The translations under genes were made by a program, and so were the position numbers. This document shows positions 55,058 to 64,000 of a stretch of DNA of 64,000 bases, one piece after another. How positions within the stretch are numbered: position 1 is the first letter of the stretch; every line of letters starts with the position of its first letter. The notes beneath the pieces are model-generated. The model saw only the letters and a list, made by a program, of their open reading frames with translations, made no database searches and was not told the DNA's origin. Origin of the DNA: Octopus vulgaris (taxonomy: Eukaryota); NCBI GenBank assembly GCA_951406725.2, contig OX597833.1, forward strand, positions 62,682,001 to 62,746,000. The letters run 5' to 3'.

Positions 55058-55227
55058 CTGCACATAGTGGTTGTGTGATAAGAAGCTTGCTTTCAAACCA
55101 CATGGTCATACGTTCAGTTCCACAGCGTGGCACCTTGGGCAAGTGTCTTCTACTATAGCCTCGGGCCGACCAAAGCCTTATGAGTGGATTTGGTAGACGG
55201 AAACCGGAAACTGAAAGAAGCCTGTCG

Positions 55228-55306
<79 letters not shown>

Positions 55307-55529
55307 GTGTGTGTGTATATGTTTGTGTGTCTTTGTTTGCCCCCCCATCATCGCTTGACAACTGATGTTGGTGTGTTTACGTCCCTGTAAGTTGGCGGTT
55401 CGGCAAAAGCGATCGATAGGATAAGTACTAGACTCACAAACAATAAGTCCTGGGGTCGATTTGTTCGACTAAAAGCGGTGCTCCAGCATGGCCGCAGTCA
55501 AATGACTGAAACAAATAAAAGAATAAAAG
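55058..55529 (+). mobile_element. SINE family B
   Basis: Head, core, long (TA)n(TG)n tract and tail. Confidence 0.88.
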
Positions 55530-56081
55530 ACTATAATATATATATAAAACTATAAAAGAGAACATACAGTAAAGGACCACTGATGCGGTCACAGGAGTGT
55601 GACGAAAGAACTCTGGTCGAAATAAGATTAAGATTAATGTAAAAAATAAATAACACTGAAGCAAAATAACACCAAATATATAGTGCGTGTGTTTTTATTT
55701 GCTAAACTGGCAAAATGACCATTCCGAAATATAACAATATAAAAGAGAGTTTGTATGTTTGTGTGTGCGCGCGCGTGTGCGTGTGTGCGTGCGTATCTTC
55801 CATATGCATTTCCAAAACCGAGTTGCCAATTTTGACGTATGGGGTGTCAAAAGATTCAGGACTATTTCCGCTACTAACTAAACTTTATTTTCATTGACAT
55901 ATTTCCATTGCAAAAATTTTAAATTATAATCTTTTCTATAACTCAACTATCGTAAGCATTTTGTACGACGACGACGACGATGACGTCACATTTTCTATAT
56001 GTGTGTGTACCTTAAAAGACAGCCGTCATTACGATACACACCTTTACCCACTCACACACTCTATCTCTCTCGCACACACAT

Positions 56082-56121
<40 letters not shown>

Positions 56122-57492
56122 CCATTTCATATACACGTACATACATCTTATGTTTATGGAATGACCAAGTGAAACACTGAATGAGAAAAAAGACAGAGGC
56201 AGAAGAGAAAGAAACAGAGACAGGAAACAAGCTTCTATAGAAGTTGAAAGGCGGATAGAGGGTGAGAGACAGACGCTGATGTTTCATACCCTATGTATGT
56301 TCTATAGTTGAAAAGAAAAGAAAGCCAGCACAAAATTGATACTGTATGTTCTATAGGTGAAGGTAAAAGAAAGCGGTATCAATGAGAGGGGGAAAGCGGG
56401 AGAGAAGACGCCGAGAACCTCGGAAACGAGGTCGTGTCGCACAATTTTAAGGTCGTTTTCACTTTCGCCCCATGTTTCATGTGTGCGTAGAATTAGGCAT
56501 TATCTTTCTCTTTCAATTTCTCATTATAATGTACGGAAACCTTCTGCTGTTAACCCTAACTTCACTACATTTCCTTCTTTTGGAATTAAGAAAGATATGC
56601 AAAAATAACTTCCATTAGCACACACACAATTTGAGCTAAATTACAGCTCAAATCCTATGGAAATTATCTTTTCTTACTTTTGGAAGAAAGCAAGTGAATA
56701 TGTGCGACAACACAGACAAACAAGAACAACAACAGGTGTCTTTCGACTAATAAGGACAAGTTAAATGGAGCTGGTGTGTAAAGTGGAAGCTTTAAGGCAC
56801 AAACATAGATGAAAATCAAGAGACAGGAAAATAAGGGCAGTGGTCAAGCCAAGAAAGAAAGATCATGCTTGGCCGAACACCGATCACGTAAGAGGAACAG
56901 AAAGAGGTCGGAGGCAGAGGGATTGAAGAATTAGGGAAGGAACTAGAGAGATTAAAGAAAGAGAATGCCAAGAAGTATGAGAGAGGGGGTGAGAAAAAGA
57001 AAAGAGGAAACAAAGAAGCAAGTCGTACAGAATTTAGATACATACAAGCTGAGCAAACGGTGTACGTACGCAGCTGTATGTATATATACAAAAATAATAA
57101 GAACGTAACGTACGACAATAAAAACATACGGACAGATAGACTATACAAAGACTGTTCAAAATTGGTAGGCCCCGAAAATCTAAGCTAAGAAGATTAAAGG
57201 ATCTGTTCAGCTTGGCTCACAGATATTTTAATTTTTTTTTTTAACTAAACAGTTTGAAACTTCGTATACTGGTGTAATTTCTCACGCAGAACACGGCTTA
57301 CTTTGAACATTTTTGACAAAATTTCGTATTTTAGAAGTTATTTCGTGTTAAGGTCGTCGTATTTTAACCAATCAACGACAAGTATTCAGTCGAAGAAAGC
57401 TACTACTGTTTGCGATAGTAATCGAAGAGGAACAACTTCCGGGTCATTTCTACTAAATGTCACCGCTGGTCACTTTGTCTGGAGTGCCAATG

Positions 57493-58082
57493 ATTCTTAT
57501 TTCTTTATTGCCCACAAGGGGCTAAACATAGAGGGGACAAGCAAGGACACAGAAAGGTATTAAGTTGATTACATTGACCCCAGTATTTCGCTGGTACTTA
57601 ATTTAACGACACCGAAAGGATGAAAGTCGACCTCGGCGGAATTTGAACTCAGAATGTGAAGAGCCTTTGCCCGGCGAGCCAATCATTCTTATTTCTTTAT
57701 TGCCCACAAGGGGCTAAACACACAGAGGACAAGCAAGGACAAACAAAGGCCCCAGTGCGCAACTGGTATTTAATTTATCGACCCCGAAAGGATGAAAGGC
57801 AAAGTCGACCTCGGCGGAATTTGAACTCAGAACGTAAGGGCAGACGAAATACCTATTTCTTTACTACCCACAAGGAGTTAAACACAGAGAGGACAAACAA
57901 GGACAGACAAACGGATTAAGTCGATTAAATCGACCCCAGTGCGTAACCGGTACTTAATTTATCGACCCCGAAAGGATGAAAGGCAAAGTCGACCTCGGCG
58001 GAATTTGAACTCAGAACGTAGAGGCAGACGAAATACTGCTAAGCATTTCGCCCGGCGTACTAACGTTTCTGCCAGCACGCCG
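57493..58082 (-). mobile_element. Three head-to-tail SINE family A copies
   Basis: TATTTCTTTA.T.CCCACAAGG tails start at about 57498, 57690 and 57854. Each unit carries AAAGTCGACCTCGGCGGAATTTGAACTCAGAA. Confidence 0.9.
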
Positions 58083-58868
58083 CATAATGTATTAGTGTGT
58101 GTATGTATGTGTGTGTGTGTGTGTGTTAAAGAGAGAAAGACAGAGATAAAGTTAGAGAGAGAGAGTGTGTTAGAGAGGGTCACAGAGAGAGAGAGAGAAT
58201 TAGAGAGTAAGAGAGGGGGACTTGATTCTAAAGACCCAGTTCTTCACTGGTTAGTTTACTTACGCACCAAGTAACTGTCGAAGCTCAGCCATCTTTTAGT
58301 TTAGCCCTCGACTTATCACAACACCAGTATCCCCCACCCCACCCACCTCATACCCACTACAGCCTTTTCTTTTTTAGTTTTATTTATCTATCAGCCTCTC
58401 TTTATTGTTTAGTCTACGGAGTCAGCAGCGAGCGCGGAAAGAAAAAAAAACGTTATCATGAAACAGGTTTGCCAAATGCCAACCAGCTCGACCTCTTAAA
58501 GGGGCGAAATGCACTAAGTAATGTTCCCTTTTCTACGTTTAAGCCAAATAGAGCAGCAGTTTATGTTTTATCCTATTTAGGCTTCCATACCCATTCGATG
58601 CATATTAAAAAACAAAATCGTTTTGCATTTTTTATTATCAAATATTATTAGGAATTTAATCTTTCCCGCGTTTCAGTCATTTGACTGCGGCCCTGCTGGA
58701 GCGCCGCCTTCGGTCGAACAAATCGACTCCAGGACTTATTCTTTATAAGCTTGGTACTTATTCTCTCGGTCTCCATTGCCGAACCGCTAAGTTTCGAGAA
58801 CTTAAAACACACCTACATCGGTTACCTAGCGATGGTAGGTGGGGGAACAACCACAAAGACACACACAC

Positions 58869-58913
<45 letters not shown>

Positions 58914-59134
58914 GAATCTACTAGAGTAGATGCAAGCGCTAATATATGATTTATAAAAACATGTGACATATTAACAAAAATCTGTAAATGTAGAAACATC
59001 CAGATTTCTGAGTACCTTATTTTTTTCTAATATATAATACCTGTACATCACCTCCAAACCTTCTAATATATATATACATATACATATACAGGTATATATA
59101 TATATATGTGTGTGTGTGTATGTATGCATGTATG

Positions 59135-59189
<55 letters not shown>

Positions 59190-59315
59190 ATTAATAAGGG
59201 TGAGAGAATTAGATACTAATTTAATAGTATATCTATTCAACACCAAGTGGCCCAGTGCCCCGAGAAACCTGGATTATTATAATATTTTATAATATATTAT
59301 AATATTTTATACAAA

Positions 59316-59811
59316 AATAAATATAAGAGAGTGGTCACTATGTGGCTCACTCTAGCACTAGTAAATCCAAAAGGTTTCAACCACAAAATACATGTTTCCC
59401 ATGAAAGTCAGTACGATTGTTACTCACACGAACAGGGCAAATAAAAAATAACAAAAATACAGATTATTTTGGGACAATTGTTCGCTATTAATGAATTAAA
59501 TGTAATTTTACTCACAAAAAACCCACTTGTAGCTTTCAGCCAAAACTATCTGGATGAAATCCACTCATCCAGATAGTTTTGGCTGAGGAGCTACAAGTGG
59601 GTTTTTTGTAAGTAAAAATTACATTTAATTCATTAATAGCGAAACAATTGTCCCAAAATAATCTGTATTTTTGTTATTTTTTATTTGCCCTGTTCGTGTG
59701 AGCTAACAATCGTACTGACTTTCATGGGAAACATGTATTTTTGTGGTTGAAACCTTTTGGATTTACTAGTGCTAGAGTGAGCCACATAGTGACCACTCTC
59801 TTATATTTATT
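59316..59811. repeat. Long near-perfect palindrome (~245-bp arms, ~7-nt loop), probable Penelope-like element terminus in inverted arrangement
   Basis: Left arm AATAAATATAAGAGAGTGGTCACTATGTGG...CTATCTGGATGA and right arm TCATCCAGATAG...CCACATAGTGACCACTCTCTTATATTTATT. Loop AATCCAC at 59558-59564. Confidence 0.92.
59576..59659 (+). ncRNA. Minimal type I hammerhead ribozyme (Penelope-like-element type)
   Basis: Stem I TTTTGG (59577-82) / CCAAAA (59653-58). Core CTGAGGA (59583-89). Stem II closed by GCTA (59590-93) / TAGC (59637-40). GAAA (59641-44). Short palindromic stem III AC-AATT-GT. GUC triplet, with predicted cleavage 3' of C59652. Confidence 0.8.
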
Positions 59812-59828
59812 ATTATTATTTTTATATT

Positions 59829-59879
<51 letters not shown>

Positions 59880-60461
59880 ATGCATGTATGTAAATATATA
59901 TATATATATATGTATGTATGTATGTATATACACGACGGGCTTCTTTTCAGTTTCTGTCAACAAAATCCACTCCCAAGGCTTTGGCCGGTCCATGGCTATA
60001 GTACAAAATATTTGCCCAAGGTGCCACGCAGTGGGACTGAACCCGGGACCATGTGTTTGGGAAGCAAGTTACTTACCACACAGCCATTCCTGTGCCTATA
60101 GCCAATCCTGCGCCTATAAGCAATTTATCGCACAAATGTTAACAGCAAAATCTTATATGGACCCCCTAAGGGCCATATGGACCACAGTTGAAAACCACTT
60201 CACTAGAGTGAGACTTGAAGAAGATTTAGCGATCAATGTGCAGTTTAAGGATAAAAAAAACCTAAAAAATTTGAAGCGCAATGACCGGAAGTGACAACAA
60301 TGAAATTCGATAATTTGACGTAAATACCTTAACATAAGTAGCTTGCTTACCAACCAATTAAACACACGCACTGTATATTTGGTCTTTACTTCAGTTTTAT
60401 TATTATTTTAGTTTCTTTGTCAAAGTTCTTTCGCTACACATCTTGTGACCTCTCCAACAAC

Positions 60462-60996
60462 TCTCTGTCCCACGTGTCTTCTCTATCCCACATGTCTCCG
60501 CCATCCTACGTGTCTCCTTTATCCCACATGTATCTTCTATCCCACACTTCTGTATACCACATGTCTCCTTTATCTCACGTGTCTCCCCTATCCCACGTGT
60601 CTCCTCTATCCCACATGCCTCCTCTATCCCACGTATCTCCTCTGTCCCACATCTATCTTGTATCCCACATTTCTCCTCTATACTACATGTTTCTTCTTTC
60701 CCACATGTCTCCTCTATCCCAAATGCCTCCTCTGTCCCAAATATCCCCTCTATCCCACATGTCTCCTCTATCCCACGTGTCTCCTCTTTCCCACATGTAT
60801 CTTCTATCCCACATTTCTCCTCTATACAACATGTTTCTTCTATCCCACATGTCCCCTCTATCCCTCATGTCTCCCCTATCCCACATTTGTCCTGTATCCC
60901 ACGTGTATCCTCTATCCCACATGTCCCCTCTATCCTATGTATCTCCTGTATCCCACATGTATCCTCTATCCCACGTGTCTCCTGTATCCCACATGT
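60462..60996. repeat. 18-bp minisatellite (consensus CCTCTATCCCACATGTCT), about 30 units
   Basis: Period-18 repeats seen directly. They give the SPLSHM / LLYPTC / MWDRGD peptide repeats in the ORF track. Confidence 0.95.
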
Positions 60997-61038
60997 AATC
61001 GTGTTTATATCGCTGGAGGAGATAACCATCTCTTATCA

Positions 61039-61436
61039 CTGCCGGGACGCGAATTTTTTTCCCCACAAGAGTTCCGGACCCCAGTAATGAACTCATTTGC
61101 ATACAGCCAATCAGAGCTCTCCTTGACCTTGTCAAGTTAACAAAAGTGGCAGAAACCGGATTGGTGCTGGCAGACCGTTGAAGGATTGTTTGGAAAGTGT
61201 GAAAGGAAAGGGGCCGTTCAGCTCCCAGATTATGCCTAACAAGAACAACAAGCATTTTAAAAAGAAAAGAAGCATGGTTATTCCTTACCCAAGTGACCTT
61301 ACCTTATTGCCCATCACTTGTTATGCGCTCATAAATTAGTTTGATAGTTGAGCTCTGGATTGGCTGTATGCAAATGAGTTCATAACTGGGGTCCGGAACT
61401 CTCGTGGTAAAAAAGAAAATTTAGCCGTCGTGACAG
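61039..61436. mobile_element. MITE-like element with ~80-bp terminal inverted repeats
   Basis: CCACAAGAGTTCCGGACCCCAGTAATGAACTCATTTGCATACAGCCAATCAGAGCTC (about 61063-61119) is mirrored at about 61350-61407. Looser symmetry extends out to CTG/CAG. No clear TSD. Confidence 0.7.
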
Positions 61437-61979
61437 CCAGATCACGTCATTTCGGCTTTCTTTGGCCTTGCCAACAGCAGAAACCTGAAGTTAGAGAGAG
61501 CTGCGATTCCTCCATCAGCGATAGACGTGTAATCTCAGTGCCTAATCAGGCCTATCCGGAATCCATGGAGTTCATTTCTATCATGAAATGGCTATTTGGT
61601 TTATGAAAACAAGGCCACATGCTTCACAACCATGTGGCCTTGAGTTCTGGCTCACAACGCGGCACCTTGGACAAGTGTAGTTTACTATAGCTCTGAGCCA
61701 ACCAAAGTTTTGTCAGAGGATTTGGTAGACAGAAACTGAAAGAATCTCGTCGTTTGTGTGAGTGGGCGTATTTATGCGTGTCTATATTTGTCTCCACCGC
61801 TTAACAATCGGTGTTGGTTTGTTTATGTCCACGTAACTTAGCGGTTCGACAAAGAGAATGATAGAATAAGTACCAGGCTTTAAATAGATAAGTACTGGGG
61901 GGGGGCTATGTAAAAAGTAGTTAGGTTTCTTGTCAAAGAACAATGAACAGAAATAAATACAAAATAAATAACCAATGTT

Positions 61980-62375
61980 AGGCGCAGGAGTGGCTGTGTG
62001 GTAAGTAGCTTGCTTGCCAACCACATTGTTCCGGGTTCAGTCCCACTGCGTGGCACCTTGGGCAAGTGTCTTCTGCTATAGCCTCGGGCCGACCAAAGCC
62101 TTGTAAGTGGATTTGGTAGACGGAAACTGAAAGAAGCCCGTCGTATATATGCATATATATGTATGTGCGTGTATGTTTGTGTGTCTGTGTTTGTCTCCCT
62201 AGCATTGCTTGACAACCGATGCTGGTGTGTTTATGTCCCCGTCACATAGCGGTTCGGCAAAAGAGACCAATAGAATAAGTACTGGGCTTACAAAGAATAA
62301 GTCCCGAGGTCGAGTTACTCGATTAAAGGCGGTGCTCCAGCATGGCCGCAGTCAAATGACTGAAACAAGTAAAAA
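61980..62375 (+). mobile_element. SINE family B, full length, flanked by older family-B pieces at about 61630-61900 and 62390-62580
   Basis: AGGCGCAGGAGTGGCTGTGTGG head through to the AACAAGTAAAA tail. Confidence 0.9.
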
Positions 62376-62587
62376 AATATGTGTGTGTGTGTCAGCGTTT
62401 GACAATTGGCGTTGGTTTGCTTATGTCATCTGTAAGACACAGACGTTCGACAAAACAGAAAAAAGAAACGGGAGAGAGAGGGGATCGATAGTACTTGGAA
62501 TCATATCTAATCGACTAAAAACCTGGGCAGTGAAACTAGCATGGCCGCAGTCCAATAACCGAAACAAGTAGAAGAATAAAAACAGAC

Positions 62588-62651
<64 letters not shown>

Positions 62652-63211
62652 AAAAAGTTGCAGACAATTTGGACGATGGTGAAAGAGATTGAATAGAGGA
62701 CTTTGATAGATGAGTGTGACAGGAAATTTAACCCCCTACACACTTCTTTTTCCTCTTCGTCATTATCTTTTTGCTCCTCTTCTTCGCCTCGTTCTTCTTC
62801 TTCTTCTTCTTCTTCTTCTTCTTCTTCTTCTTCTTCTTCTTCTTTTCTTTTCTTTTTCTTTTTCTTTTTCTCTTTCTTTTTCTCTTTCTCTTTCTCTTTC
62901 TCTTTTTCTTTTTCTTTTTCTTCTTCTTCTTCTTTTCCTTCTTTTTCTTCTTCTTCTTCCTCTTCTTCTTTTCCTTCTTATCCTTCTTCTTTCTCGTTTC
63001 CCTCTTCCCCCCTCTCTTCGCCTCTTCTCTTCCACATCTTCTCTTCCTCATCTCCCCTCCTCCGCCTCTACCAGCCCCGCCCTCCTCTTCCTCCTCTTCT
63101 TGAAGATGATTCGTCGTCAATAGCAACGGCATCAGCAGAATTTACAACGCTGGCAAACAGCAGCAGCACACACCACCACCAACAACAACAACAACAACAG
63201 CAACAACAACA

Positions 63212-63262
<51 letters not shown>

Positions 63263-63720
63263 GCAGCAGCAGCGGGGTAGTGAGGTGGGACCACCACGGG
63301 GAGGTTAATCGTCCTGCTAAAGTTAGCAGCCAAATCTCCTTCGTATCACGCCTTACCCCTTCATAAAAGCAAAGGACACGTTGCATAATATACAATTCTA
63401 GTTGTACTAGTTCGGGGGATGGAGAATAAAACGTGGTGGTCACGGCTGGAGCGTCTATGAACACATGCATAGTGGATCAGTGCTAACCTTGGGCCAAATA
63501 ACAACAGCAAGTGGTATAATACGTAATATTGGTATTGGTGGCGGTGGTGGTGGTGGTGGTGATGTTGGAGGGGTGATGGTGATGGCGGTGGTGGTAGTAG
63601 TGGTGGTGGTGGTAGGTAATGATTATGGTGCTGGTGATGGTGGTGATGTTGGAGGGGGTGATGAAGGTGGCAATGGCAGTAGTGGTGGTCATGGTTGTGT
63701 TGGGGATGGTCGCGGTGAAG
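62588..63720. repeat. Simple-repeat cluster: (GATA)n, (TTC)n, (TTTCTC)n, (CAA)n, (CTA)n, (GGT)n
   Basis: Seen directly. It explains the poly-S/Q/L/K/R/H ORFs. Confidence 0.95.
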
Positions 63721-64000
63721 ACGGTCGGTGGTTTGCTTTAAGCTGCCAACTTGGCTCTTGATCAAGCAAGAACAAAGTATGATCAAAGGCAATCCAACCG
63801 TGATCATCCATCCATCCACCCATCCATCAAGTGTATTTTTCTTCGAGACAGTCCGTAACCCGGGACAACGTTATCCGATGTTCCTTTCTTTCGTTTTTGC
63901 TGTTTTTGCAGATGACTTTAAAAAGGGGGGCAACGGGAAGATTTCGGCTGCTATTTCTAAAACAGGTCCACAAAGCGACCAACATAAAAGAAGGTGCTTT

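Larger units (their letters stand above)
58666..60098 (-). mobile_element. SINE family B split by a ~1-kb insertion in its microsatellite
   Basis: Tail half at 58666-58910 and core/head half at about 59930-60098, in the same orientation. Confidence 0.85.

Noticed and set aside
57194-57490. TTAA-AGG start as a possible Kolobok-type element
   Set aside because: No matching right terminus could be found, so it is left unclassified.
60462-60996. Regular repeats as a possible CRISPR array
   Set aside because: The units are contiguous with no unique spacers, there are no cas genes and the context is eukaryotic.
11752-62215. Recurrent ORFs containing RASFSFRLPNPLTRHWSARGYSRRHLPK, which looked like a multigene family
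   Set aside because: They are antisense translations of family-B SINE copies, not genes.
62703-63819. Poly-Ser/Gln/Leu/Lys/His ORFs
   Set aside because: They come from tri- and hexanucleotide simple repeats that are open in most frames.

Overview
Eukaryotic, AT-rich, repeat-dominated DNA. The SINE families, RTE LINE and microsatellite load are typical of an Octopus (octopod cephalopod) genome; this is an inference. No host protein-coding gene can be supported, and almost all ORFs in the track are translations of microsatellites or SINEs. The window contains: (1) two abundant tRNA-derived SINE families plus chimeric variants; (2) two 5'-truncated RTE LINEs and several RTE 3' tails; (3) a decayed Tigger/pogo transposon at 51.3-54.1 kb holding a solo LTR with a 4-bp TSD and an internally deleted mariner with TIRs and a TA TSD; (4) non-autonomous Helitron, Helentron-type, piggyBac-type and hAT-type elements; (5) an 18-bp minisatellite and very dense microsatellites from about 27 kb onward. 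The most striking structure is a ~500-bp near-perfect palindrome at 59.3-59.8 kb, inserted in the (TA)n tract of a SINE. Its right arm encodes an intact minimal type I hammerhead ribozyme of the Penelope-like kind, and its left arm encodes a mutated mirror copy. Degenerate hammerhead-like relics also sit beside other (TA)n tracts. CpG content appears to switch at about 24 kb, suggesting the edge of a methylated, minus-strand transcription unit. All alignments were done by eye, so repeat boundaries are approximate unless TIRs or TSDs are quoted.
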